The notes beneath the pieces are model-generated. The model searched no databases and was not told the DNA's origin. It was given only the letters and a program-made list of their open reading frames with translations. Position numbers and translations under genes: made by a program. Below, piece by piece: positions 1 to 11,779 of a stretch of 64,000 nucleotides of DNA. This DNA is from Trichosphaerium sp. ATCC 40318 (Eukaryota > Protista > Tubulinea): NCBI GenBank assembly GCA_038496445.1, contig JALMLS010000541.1, positions 186,001-250,000 of the forward strand. The letters are read 5' to 3'. The stretch's first letter is position 1. Every line of letters begins with the position of its first letter.

Positions 1-1289
1 AACGTATTGGCTGAGTACTTTTGAAGGTAAGTGAAAAACGCGAAAAAACCAGAATTTTTGTTTTTTCGTTTTAGCACGTGCAGCAAATCATGATCTTATT
101 TTTTGGTTGTAGGATCAGTAATAGTGGATGACGTAATCAAAAACCAAATACAGAATAACGAAAAGTTCAAGACAGGGTTTGATTATACGTTTGAGACGCC
201 TAGTGAAATTGTCACTAACCCAACATTGTACGTACATCTTGACATTATCAAGCTGTTTCAACAAGGCGGTAATATTACTGTTGTGGATTTACATCAGTAA
301 CAACATAATTCTTCTAATGGACAAAGCTGTAACAGTGAAGGCAATGTAGTGTTTTTTCAACTCTGAAATTTTAGTGTATTGTAGTTTTTTCTTAAAACTT
401 GCATAGTTGGGGATACAGCTCAACATTTAGATGTTCCTCTGGGAAAACAAGAAGGTGTACAACAAGATTGCATTGCATGGCTCCAGTGACATTGAATCCA
501 GGAACATCATTTATGAATAACACTGTACATACCGTTACATAGTGTGTCATGCTTAATAGCTTTTTAGGAGCTTGTTGGATTTTTTGTAACTTGTGAGATT
601 ATACTTCCAGGTTCTTTGACAGCTAATAACAACACATGTTTTAAACACAAGGATGACGTATGTATACAAAAATGGTTTGATGGCAATACAGACAGCACCA
701 GGCTTTTTGGTAGTTCGTCATTGATACGACCAACAAGATTACTAGACAGCACTGAAGAGGTACAAACTCTTTTGATACAAATATTACAGTTTTCATATTG
801 TTTATGCTCGTTCTAAACCAATTCAACACCTTTCTCTTTAATGCCTCTGCTAATGTTTTTACTAAGGCTTTAAGTCATATTAAGAGAATTAAAGGAATCA
901 CGGTGAGCAAGAACCATGTTCTTTTGTTCAATCAAGATAGTGAAAGTATTGTGAAGAAACATAAAATTACTGCTATTGTGTTTATTACTGTAAGTACAAC
1001 TGTTTTTACATTTGGAAGCTGTTAGGTCTATAATCTTTTTCAACATTGTTGACATTTTGCCTAGGTTTTTTGTATCTTGTATGTGGCAGTTATAGGTGTA
1101 TGTCTTTTTTATAATCATCCAGAGATATCTAGGAAGATTGTTTCCAAATACGGATGTACACCTGCCTCTTTTGGTCTTCTTGGAGGTCCCGAAAATAACG
1201 TTGTGGCCACCCCATCTGATAACCCTTCATCTACTTCAGATGATAAAAGCGTGTCGATACAAATGGATAGTCCATACGTTGAAAACTGA
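1..1289 (+). CDS. 3' part of an intron-containing membrane protein, possibly tetraspanin-like and possibly degenerate
   Basis: GT-AG intron signals; a YYCCGF-coding stretch near 272-290; a C-terminal hydrophobic segment (YVAVIGVCLFY) then a tail ending SPYVEN*. No fully clean frame could be assembled. Confidence 0.35.
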
Positions 1290-1516
1290 AACTATGTAGA
1301 TAAGACAAATTGTACAAAAAAAAATAAAACACAAAATTACCAAAGATCAGATTGTGAAAAAGAACAGTCCTCCATTGAATATGGAGTATGCTCTATGAAT
1401 TGTTTACTTCAAGTCCACTGGATGCTGCTTAGAAAGAGGCCATCAAATGCAGCATTTGTATGTACAATGTTTAGACATCAAGTAGCTAATGTACATAACA
1501 AGACTACGAGTAGTAG

Positions 1517-1693
1517 AAAATGTTTCTGTAAATACAATACCAGGTTGAAACACTTTACCTGTAGACAACAAGTAGCCCACTTAGCTCAATCGGAAGAGCG
1601 TTTGGCTTTTGACCAGATGGTAGCGAGATCAAAACTCGCAGTGGGCTTAACACTATATCTTTGGTGTTAGTGTGCAAAGTGTTCCAAATAATT
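1517..1693 (+). repeat. tRNA-containing repeat unit, near-identical to ~7629-7803
   Basis: Shared AAATGTTTCTGTAAATACAATACCAGGTTGAAACAC...tRNA...GTGTGCAAAGTGTTCCAAATAA. Confidence 0.9.
1575..1647 (+). tRNA. tRNA-Lys(UUU)-like with atypical G37, copy 1
   Basis: Cloverleaf: acceptor GCCCACT/AGTGGGC, D-stem GCTC/GAGC, anticodon arm TTTGG-CTTTTGA-CCAGA, T arm GCGAG-ATCAAAA-CTCGC. Confidence 0.85.
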
Positions 1694-2004
1694 TCGAAAC
1701 AACCAACCTGAATTCATTGAATATGGAAAACTTATGAGTGCTCTATGTTAGCCAACAGATCATCTTGTAATCAATTACTTCAATCATTGAAAAATACCGA
1801 CTCTAAATGAAGGTAAAAACTGAACTATTGAAACCACAACAAACTTGTTAGAACCAACTTTGTTTATTCATAACTGTTGCGAATGGAGCCCTTATTCAAC
1901 AACTTGATATTCTATAAAACAAACTCGTAATACTATAGCGAGCTTAATTGAAGACGTACATGCGCCAAAAGAGAAGCAGACAAAAAGGTACTGCTGTCAC
2001 GAAC

Positions 2005-2220
2005 TGGTGGAAATTCACCTTTACATTGTAAACACTTGACAGATGAAGGGATTAAAGCACTTTCCGGTGTTCATACATTTCTCTTTATGGCTGTAAACAT
2101 GTAACTGATGAAGCAATCTAAGCAATTGAAGGAGTATGAAATAGACATAAGTTATACTTACAGTCAAATGTATCAAAGCGCTCAAAGGTCTTCACACCAT
2201 TTCCATTGAGCCTTGGTTAA
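2005..2220 (+). pseudogene. Degenerate leucine-rich repeat gene fragment
   Basis: Frameshifted repeats: LHCKHLTDEGIKALSGVHT / LYGCKHVTDEAI*AIEGV / CIKALKGLHTISI. Confidence 0.6.
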
Positions 2221-2436
2221 CACAACTTGTCACTGTTGTATGATAGTTTTAGTAAACAAAACAACTGTAAGATGGTAATATTCCATACGGAACTTGGCAA
2301 CAATACAAAGCAATTCAAAATACAGAAAAAACTACACACCATTATCTGAACACAAAAAACGAATTGTAAGAAATTTGTTGGAAATGTGTACCACAAACTT
2401 TAACCATTATGGCACTATAATCACTCAATTATTACC

Positions 2437-3684
2437 ATGAACTCCATACCTCCTGAAATAGTCGTAATCATTCTTAATAAGCTTGCGCCTACCACTCTAT
2501 GTAGCTGTAGACTAGTTTCGCAGTCGATGCTTTGGCATGTTGGCTTTACTCTCCACGGCAAAGTACGCCAAGTTAATAGTTACCTACAATTAGTTGACAT
2601 CGCATAATTTGTACTACTAAGTCGAAATTACTTAAAGTCATTCGGCTTCCCACAAGGACGGAAGACCAAAATCAAGAATGTTTCTTTACCACTGCTAAGG
2701 AGCGTACCAAAAATAACTATAAACTTAGGTTGACTTTGTAACAAAGACTGTTGAGAGAATGTGCGGTCATGAGGACTACATGGGTAGCACTTTCGGGTCA
2801 GCCAATAGTTCGAGGTTCACCTACATAACTTCTATTGAGGCAACTGAAAGCAAGGTTGGTCGAACATTCTTGGTGGTGTTTCTAAACGTTTGTTTAGGTC
2901 TATTTATTGGATAACAGATTGTTTGCACTCATTGCTGTTGATATACCTACATGTGCTTCAGAAAGAATTAATACAAGCGGTGGCCATGGATATACTAATT
3001 ATTCACCACATCCACTAGCAACGTTACAGCTTGACTGCCCTAGTTCTATTACAAAAATGAATGGAAAGTTGTATATTGCCGACAAAGGCCACAGTATGAG
3101 TGTTTATGTATAAAACGGTTGTACTGACACTATCCCTTAGATTGTTTTTGTGTAGAAGCGGATATTACAGCCGGAGTGGCAAAAGGATTAGTGAGAAAAC
3201 AAATGAATTGTATCACTTTAACAACAAACGGATCAATACTATCAGCAAGACACTTTGCCTCTCAGATTACAATCTCTGATCCTGTCACTGGTAAAATTAC
3301 AGAAAAAGAAGTTTATACGTATAATGAAGAAAAGAACAAGAATCAAGAAGCTAATCGAATCTTGGATATTTGCGTTAGAGAGGATACTGTGTACTTTTTG
3401 GAGCACCATTCTTTGTTCCATATTCCCAAGTTCAGCAAGGTGTTATGCGCAAAGCGTCTTATTGCTAACCGCATATTCATCTTCAAGAAACCTGTAGGTA
3501 TAACTATGACACGTGGGTGCTTGTTTGTTGCCGATAGGTTCGACAACACTGCGTATATCCGAAAACTGGATACATTGTAAAGTTAAAAGTACAAGGCATG
3601 ATGAAAGATATTACCTGTATTACTAGCAATTCAGATTCTTTATTCATTGCAAGTCGTACATGCGTCTATACTATAAAATTATAA
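2437..3684 (+). CDS. F-box protein with NHL/beta-propeller-like repeats; possible frameshift near 3555
   Basis: N-terminal MNSIPPEIVVIILNKLAPTTLCSCRLVS (F-box); KLYIADKG and PVGITMTRGCLFVADR repeats; the last segment lies in a different frame. Confidence 0.6.
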
Positions 3685-4236
3685 TTCAAGTTGACAAATA
3701 AATTCAGGAAGTTTCAACAGGTCTAGTGTTGCAACGAGCCAATTAATATTCCAACTTTTTTTTTCATTGCAATACACCTGACATGGTATCTTGTACACAA
3801 TTCTCCTTACTGTTCATACAAAAGCCTGTCTTGAAGTATTAGCTACGCTTTGCAACCTCTGTTGTATTTTTAGCAATCGCTAAAGATCGCTAGACCACAA
3901 TACGCCCACAACACCCGAGAATTCTGGAGTTAATTTTGTAGTTTTAGTATTTGGGTACTGTTTTACAAGCCTCACAAGCTTGAACTATAGGAATGTTGTA
4001 ATCGAGAATTTGGGAGCATCTCTTTCAGAGAAAAGCCAACTTTGATTGACTACAACCATTCGTTTAGCTCAAAACTCATTCGTGTAGCACTGGCCCTTAA
4101 AGATCGTCATGTGTAACAGGTACAGTTTACAAACCTGCCATAACGGTTTGTTTGAGCAGTTTAATCTAATTCTCTTCAAAGCACCTGTTTAGCTATTTCA
4201 TTGACTGTTTTACTATCTTTATACGTATTGTGTACA

Positions 4237-6317
4237 ATGGGAGTATGGATAGGGTACGTTACGGATATTTAAAGCGAAAACGGATTACTAACCCGATAAA
4301 AGATCAATAGTCTTTCTTGCGGCTCTCCCCTTTGGTCCGGTTGCTACTATTGTATTCGTGTTGACAGCCATTGTATTGGTATTACTTATAGCAGCTTGCG
4401 CTGTGGCAAGTGTTAGTATTGTAACAAAAACAAGTGCGTTAGCGTTGAGTTGTTTTGTAGTTTTTCTTAGTTGCGTTAGGGATTTTCTTGCCACCGTTTG
4501 TAGTTATCTCTGTATTAACTATACTCTTTGTGTCTGTCATTATATGCTTCGGTCTCGTAATATCTTATGCGTTTTCTCCGAGTATCAGCCCGAACAATGG
4601 CCTTTCATTCGAAGTTCGTGGATGTAAGGATGTTATTGATTATTTTCACATTTTTTATAACACGTGATTTTCACGTGTATTAACTTTTCGCTTCAGCAAT
4701 AACTTCATCAGAAGCTTCATTTGTCATTCGAAACAGAGATTTTTCAAATGTGGTACGGACTACTTAGCATTCGTAGAAAGCTGAATTGCGTGTAGCGAAT
4801 TGATTATGGGACTGCCACTACACCTCCTGTTTCTATTCTTGAATCAAACGATTTTACAGCAACAATCAAGATCACTGGACTCACACCTAACACACTTTAC
4901 ACATACTCCTTCATTTACGACAATGGAACTGAGACAAGTTCTTCTCGTACATTCACAACACTTCTTGCTCCAACTCAACAAGGCACTTTCACTTTCACCA
5001 TCTCGTCTTGTATCTTCATAGCACCATATTCTAGCCCTAACAGGTACGATTCCAATACTCTCAACTAATGATCGCGTGCTACCCTTCAAGGACTAAAAGT
5101 TATGCAATAGTGTAAAGGACCTTGTGGAGACAAAACCAGATTTCCACATTCACTTAGGTGACTACATATACGCAGATATTCCATATCTCCTTGGTAAGGC
5201 TTTTGTGATATGTTTAATTTACTATTTACGATACAAATCATCTTATTAAAATAAAAGACAGCTTATACCGCAATAGGAGAAGAGGTGGATGATTACAGGC
5301 GAGTGTATAGAAAATTCTTGAAAAACGATGTTGTTCGTTCACTTGCAGAAAATATACAAACATTCCACATGTGTGCGTCAATTAGGAACTTGTACATTGA
5401 AATCATACATCAAAGACGTTCTTTCACTTTTTTTGTGTGTTGTTGTAACACGTAAAGTAACGCGTATCTGATATTTAGACGATGATCATGAGATTAAAAA
5501 TAACTGGGATCAAAAAGAGGAGGCTCCATATCCCTCTGCTATGAAAGCATGGACTGAATACGCTGGTAATGGTAACCCACAACCTTTACTAAGTGCGATT
5601 TATCAGCTTTAACAATGTTGTTTATTGACGTGAAACCTCTAGGTGATGTCTACTACTACACTTTTGAAGTTTCAGAAGTTGGATACTTTATGTTAGATAC
5701 AAAAAGGTATCGGAGTCTTGTTGATGAAACCGATGGACCAAGTAAAACAATGCTTGGCTCCGTACAAAAAGCAGCGCTATTCAATTGGCTTGAAAATGAT
5801 CCTTCACCAATAAAGGTAAAAACGAATGATTCGTGTTGTTATTCTATTTCTCGTTCTGAATATTAGGCTAATACAATCTCCTAGATTTTGATGTCAGGTC
5901 CTCCTTTTAGTCCTTGGAATGGTGGTGATACATGGGGAGCTTACAGAACAGAGCTTAATGAGGTTTTAGACTTCATTTCAAATAATAATATTTCAGTTGT
6001 GTTGTTCTCAGCGGACCGACACTTTGCAGCTGTCTGGGAACTCAGACCAGGTCTTTTTGAATTCTCCGTATCACCTGTAGATGTATTATATGGAGACTTT
6101 GGAGATGATCCTCCAGCAGATCCTGGTGATGGCACAAAGGTAACAACAATTTACCTATTAAAATTACAACTCACTTTTTTCTTAGCAACTATTCCTCGAT
6201 AGGTCAGGCAATTTCTTTGGTAAAATTACAGCCAGTACAGATGCTAGTCCACCAACAATTAAAGTAGATATCCAAAAGGGATCTGAGACTGTACATACCC
6301 AAACAGTCACGTTTTAA
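4237..6317 (+). CDS. phoD: PhoD-family alkaline phosphatase with N-terminal transmembrane segments
   Basis: Spliced motifs PDFHIHLGDYIYAD, DDHEIKNNW, FMLDTKRYRS, MLGSVQK, DTWGAY, SADRH, FEFSVSP; start position uncertain. Confidence 0.85.
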
Positions 6318-6750
6318 ATTCAATTGTTAAATAAATAGTACTGCGTGTTGAAACATAAATGTTGGCGATCGTGTTTTTGAAGGGTTCTCACAAAGAGTCA
6401 ATACATATGTCGTAAATGTACGTATCAGGTAAGATATGTTCGTAAAAGGTATGTACCAATAAGGCAGTTTTGAAGATAGAGCACCAAAGAGCCATACTAC
6501 TTTGGGTTTTATCTTGAGGCGATTTTATTTTTTCGCCTAAAAACACAAGACTTTTTTTTTCGAAAAATCTATTTATAAACCACTCCATTGAGAAAAAACA
6601 TAAAAAACGGTTTACACTCATACTTGCCAATAACCAACTCCTGAGAAACCGAGTACACCCTTTTTAAATATGTACATATAACACTTGTAAGCTTCAGTGA
6701 AATGAACACTTGTTGCTGGTGTTAAGCACAATCAGAATTTAATTAAACAC

Positions 6751-7512
6751 ATGACACAACAAGATCCAATCACCACTCTCCCTATTGAGATATCAGCTAT
6801 CATTCTCCTAAAGCTTGAAACGCCTCAATTACTCAAACTAAAAAGAGTTAACAAGCAATGGTTCTCTATTCTCCAAGACGATCTATTTTACAGAAGAAAT
6901 ACCATGGCTAAATACACATACAACGAAATTACTGAACCTTACCCTCACATTGTGGATAGCTCCTTCAGGATGAAGAAAAGGGATCTAAACAACAAAAACA
7001 ACTTTTCAGTGGAGATATGCATTAAACGCAATGGAAACCAACCCCCTAACGCCGGAATCATATGCCGAGCATATCAGCTCATACATCATAGGCTTTTCAG
7101 TGGATTTAAGCTTGGTTTCCAAGGATTAGACACTCCTAATACCCTCCGTTTCGATGTAAGCCAATACACAAGCTTTTATTTTACTGCCAGATGTCCTGCT
7201 CAAGTACCCGATAATGAGTGGACGCACATTGTTGGTGTATGTTCCGGAAAGCACATCAGCCTGTACATCAATGGAACACGTGGTAATCCCGTGCCAGTAG
7301 ATAACTCTAGAGCACATCAACAAAAACAAAAATATGGACGCTTTCATAGCGATAACGATGTGAGCAAGCTGCAGTTCGGTCAAGATGGTCCAACTCCGGA
7401 AAGAAGGCTTAAAGGATCTGTCAGAGACTTTTGTTTTTATCCTTTCGCACTTACAGATTCTCTTGTATCAAAACTGTATGCTACATCTCATGCAGTCACT
7501 TCTAAACAATAG
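6751..7512 (+). CDS. Intronless F-box + LamG/concanavalin-like protein, copy A
   Basis: DPITTLPIEISAIILLKL...LKRVNKQW (F-box); FSVEICIK, NEWTHIVGV, ISLYINGT, LKGSVRDFCFYPFALT (LamG). Confidence 0.85.
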   Translation: MTQQDPITTLPIEISAIILLKLETPQLLKLKRVNKQWFSILQDDLFYRRNTMAKYTYNEITEPYPHIVDSSFRMKKRDLNNKNNFSVEICIKRNGNQPPNAGIICRAYQLIHHRLFSGFKLGFQGLDTPNTLRFDVSQYTSFYFTARCPAQVPDNEWTHIVGVCSGKHISLYINGTRGNPVPVDNSRAHQQKQKYGRFHSDNDVSKLQFGQDGPTPERRLKGSVRDFCFYPFALTDSLVSKLYATSHAVTSKQ

Positions 7513-7686
7513 ATCAATAAAAATTAGTAGTTCATCTGTGTTGTACATATTTTGTTAGTCCTTCGATACAGAGTGTGCTAATCCTCCAGCTGCTTGACTT
7601 TGTACACTTTTACAGTCTAAAAAATAGGAAAATGTTTCTGTAAATACAATACCAGGTTGAAACACTTTACCTGTAGACAACAAGTA

Positions 7687-7759
7687 GCCCACTTAGCTCA
7701 ATCGGAAGAGCGTTTGGCTTTTGACCAGATGGTAGCGAGATCAAAACTCGCAGTGGGCT
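7687..7759 (+). tRNA. tRNA-Lys(UUU)-like with G37, copy 2
   Basis: Identical to 1575-1647. Confidence 0.85.
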
Positions 7760-9104
7760 TGGCACTAAATCTTTGACGTTAGTGTGCAAAGTGTTCCAAA
7801 TAAATCCCAACACATATCTAAACACATTTCAATAAATACGGCAAACTTCCAATACAAGATACTTACAGCTATCGCAAATGCTTAAGCCGCTTGCAATCTA
7901 TCAAGTACTTTCTATCGCCAATGATTGCACTTGCCATAGATCCTATATAATGCTATTTCAAGTACAAGAGTAGAGGTGGTCACCAATCGGAAATCCTGAT
8001 TGCTTTTTACTTTTTGGACTAAGAAAAATAAAGGAAAGCTGAACCATTTTTCATTTTTGGTTGATACTAGGCTTTGGACCTATGTATCGAACACAAGCAA
8101 CATTTCAAAGGCATGACAGCATGTAGAACTTAAAAAAAGAATGTGGTGCCATGGTACAACACCAACAAAATCTCACACATTTTAATGGCTAGCCTAATAC
8201 AACATTTTGTTGCTGAGTTTCTTCGCCGTTGGTTAACCGCTACAGATTTTTGTACCCGGCTTAGCCGGGACCGTAGCACGACCACCTCTAGTATGGTGCC
8301 ACCCCTAAAAATGAAACGTCTTAATGTCACGTGATTATATCAAATTTGTGCTTTGTACTCCAATGAGTACCATATACGACAAATGTAGGACCTACTGTAA
8401 GAATTTAAACTCTAAGAAAACCAAACTTTGAAGAAGAAAAAACAAGAAAAGAATCATTTACAGTAATTGTCTAATAGTTCAATCAATCTAAATGATAAAA
8501 AGCAAAGGTAATCATAGTGTTTATTCCAAACACTTGTTCTCTTTCGTTTAATGTAAATGCTATTTCGTCTAATAATACCTTTCTAGCACTTACACAAGGA
8601 AATAAACGCGTACGGCAGCGTTTCGAAGTAGATAATTTAAGGTATGTTAGCGACAAGACTTCATTAGAAAACGTGTTATCAGTTATACAAGTGAGGATTC
8701 AGCAACGATATTTTGAGTAAACCCAACGGGTTTTTTTGTATAAAGTAGTTGTTGCGAATTTAGTAGCAAACATGCCAGCAGTACTCCCATGTACCACAAA
8801 GTACTAATACGCGGTTGCTTATGTCACATGCCAGAAAGTAACCTTCGGATTTTAAGTGAATATTCCTACCGTTAACAAAAAAAAATGCTGGCCAAAAATG
8901 ATATTTCGCGTGAAGGATAGTCTTATCCTGACCGAAAACGAACAGTATTCTTTCTTCACTTGCTTTTGCTGTTAAATATTAACAAAAACGCTACGACAGA
9001 ATTGCTTTTTTTCAACGTTTTTTTTTCTCCAGTTTTCCATAGTTGGTTTTTTTTATGAAACACGTAGCACCTTTTTCTCTTACTGTTATTTTATTAGAAA
9101 TAAA

Positions 9105-11102
9105 ATGAGTTCTTCTTTGGCTTTACTTGATCTTCCATGTGAAATTCAACAATACATTTGTACGTTCAACAAAGAAGCATTCACAAAGTTCCACACGTTA
9201 TCAAAAGAAGCAGCAATCAATACACACTTTGATGAGTCATTACAACATAAAGGAAAATGGATCAAATGGTACAAAAGTGGACAAGTGATGGCTCATGAAT
9301 ATTCTAAAAATGGCCAATGCAGCACGTGGTTTAAGAATGGACAACTTAGTAGAACATACACAATAGTTGATGGAAAAAAACAAGGCAAACTTAAATTCTG
9401 GCATGAAACTGGAAATGTTAAAGCAGAACTTATGATTGTTGATGATAAGCAACATGGCGAAGTAAAAGGGTGGTACAAAAATGGGAAATTCAAAGAAAAA
9501 TCAATATGGGTTGAAGGCAAACGGCATGGCGAATGTAAAGCATGGTATGAAGGCGGACAAATTAGATTTCAAAGTATGTGGGCTGATAATAAGAAGCACG
9601 GTGAACTCAAACAGTGGCATGAAAATGGACAACTTGAAGGACAGTCCATGTGGGTTGATGGTAAACAGCAAGGTGAATTTAAACAATGGTACGAAGATGG
9701 GCAACTTAAAGTACAGAGTGTGTGGGTTGATGATAAAATACATGGTGAATTAAAATTCTTGTTTGAGAATGGACAACTTGGAGAACAAACCATGTGGGTT
9801 AATGGTATACAACATGGTGAAAGTAAATATTGGTATGAGAACGGACAACTTCAGAAACAAACCATGTGGGCTGATGGTAACCAACATGGCGAAAGTAAAA
9901 GATGGCATGAGAATGGACAACTTGTAGAACAAACCATGTGGGTTGATGATAAAAAGCGCAGGGCTGAAACTCAGCTAGGCATTGCCTTAAAAAATGATGC
10001 ATATTCCTAACATTCGGCATCAGATGGCAAAATCAAGGCATTTGCATTTGGCATTGCCCAATAAAATAAGGCATTTTTACAAAAAAGCAATGCCTTCATC
10101 AAAAAGGCATTAAAACCAGGCATTTTTGGGCATTTTTTGGCATTGCATAAAATCAAGTAATGCCCTGTATTGCAAGTACTTTATGCCTTTATTATGCCTT
10201 ATTTTTTTAAGCATTATATGCCTTGTATTTTAATTCATATATAAGGCATTGCCTATACTATATCATAGGGACTGATCACTTTAAGGAAGTGTTTTAAGGT
10301 AAGTAACAGTCAAACAACTTTTACACTTTTTTTTCCACATCACCTACTGACGTTTTATATAGACAGGCATCTAGCGCTCTTAGTAATTGATGAAATTAGA
10401 CGAAACCACCGCCAAACGAACCGCAGCACCCTATTTCACCTACAACAGTAGTAGGAGTGAACTCCGCGATATTTCCAGGACTGCGGAATTCTAACACTAC
10501 AAGGTAAGTTTTTTTTTTTTTTCTACACCATCTCATATTTTCTTTAAGGTTTTTTCAAATGTGGACTTAGGAGTTTTGTGTATTGTATGTGTACTGTATT
10601 ATAAAATAAATAGTTGTGTTATTACCTGAAAATGCCCTGGTTTATTAAGCACTGTAGACTATGATAATGCTGTCTTTTTGCCTTCAAAATAAGGCATTGA
10701 TGCATGAGTTATGCCCTAATTTGAAGGCATAATTCTTTAAAATATGCAGGCAAAACCATTGCAATCTTGTGTACCAGATACAAGCATTTTTCATCAAATA
10801 TAAGGCATTTTTGGAGCAAAAAATAAGGCATTGCCCTATATTTGCCTTTTTGAATGAGGCAAAAACTAGGCATTTTTGTAAAAAATAAGGCATAATTTGG
10901 ATGAAAATGCCTAGGCATTGTCCAAAAATGCCTTGTTGAGTTTCAGCCCTGGCATGGTGAATTTAAAGAGTGGCATGAAAATGGACAACTTAGGCACCTA
11001 AGTATATGGACTCATGGGAAACTGTGTAGTGAAATGAAGCAATGGACTGAAGATGGAAATCCAATTAAAGACAATAAAGAAAGCCATACTGTTCACTTTT
11101 AA
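9105..11102 (+). pseudogene. Intronless F-box-like + MORN-variant (YwqK-like) repeat gene, interrupted by a TIR element
   Basis: LLDLPCEIQQYI then 24-aa repeats HGExKxWxENGQL; removing 9959-10951 restores DDKKRHGEFKEWHENGQL...HTVHF*. Confidence 0.85.
9959..10951. mobile_element. 993-bp non-autonomous TIR DNA element with GGCAT/ATGCC subterminal repeats and no TSD
   Basis: Left end CAGGGCTGAAACTCAgctAGGCATT; right end is the reverse complement of CAGGGCTGAAACTCAacaAGGCATT; many (A)GGCAT motifs near both ends. Confidence 0.9.
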
Positions 11103-11779
11103 TAAATTCAAAGATATTTACAATAACGTGTTGAAACTAATGTTGATAAAATAAACTACGGTTATGAATACCAAAAGGGCTCAATAATGAACAGCTCGTT
11201 GTCTTCCATACAATCTAGCAATTTGTGTTGGAATGAACATCAAAGCATGCAAAACTGCCGCACAACTCAATAGTGTTATGCGCATCCACAACTTGTACAC
11301 TTTCCAGCTATTTCAAGACACGTAGGAATCCACAGTATCCTCGAGTGTGGAATTCGCCATGTTTCTATACATTAACAATGCGCCCACGTGTTTAAAAAAC
11401 TATCGTAAAACGTACGTCACACATTGCTGGTGAATGTTGTGTTATAAAGCACTGTTTTTGCAAGCTCGTCACCTCCCATTTGTTTTTGAGATAGTTGAAA
11501 TAAGCACGTTTTAAAAGAAAAAGAGACAAGAAACGAATCAGAACTGCTGTATCTGAGACTGCATATCATGATTTATATGTGCGATGGATATCTACATTAC
11601 TTTCTCACCACAGCATGTGAGTTTAGTGTTGATTGGTTTTCGATTTGCTAAGCTGTTTTGTGTTCTCAGAATGATTAACTAAAGGCCGAAAATGCAAGTG
11701 TCGATCAGGATCAATCAGTTGAAGCTTTCTTATTTGTAAGGAATGACATTTACAGAAATTTTACAACGAGCGTTTTGTT

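Larger units (their letters stand above)
6450..7875 (+). repeat. Inverted segmental duplication, arm A (partner ~24303-25680)
   Basis: Upstream region, F-box-LamG ORF, tRNA and its 3' flank all match the reverse complement of ~24303-25680. Confidence 0.9.

Noticed and set aside
1601-1617. Reading the tRNA as Gln(UUG)
   Set aside because: The 5-bp stem fixes a 7-nt loop CTTTTGA with TTT central, and the arm resembles fungal tRNA-Lys(UUU)
7880-8800. Short ORFs between tRNA copy 2 and the MORN gene
   Set aside because: No coherent exon chain or recognisable domain
9400-9955. CRISPR-like periodic repeat
   Set aside because: Protein-coding tandem repeats with synonymous variation and no unique spacers
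9240-10020. Multiple overlapping antisense and alternate-frame ORFs
   Set aside because: Shadows of the 72-bp periodic MORN-variant repeats
9956-10951. TIR element acting as a spliced-out introner
   Set aside because: Using the GC donors at 9956/9958 with the AG at 10946 does not restore the reading frame, and the exact element ends are not GT/GC...AG
9958-10954. GCA as a 3-bp TSD (Harbinger-like)
   Set aside because: It makes the TIRs asymmetric and frameshifts the reconstructed empty site, unlike the no-TSD model
11160-11480. Possible tiny spliced gene on the minus strand
   Set aside because: Only a ~55-aa model with weak splice sites and no recognisable motif
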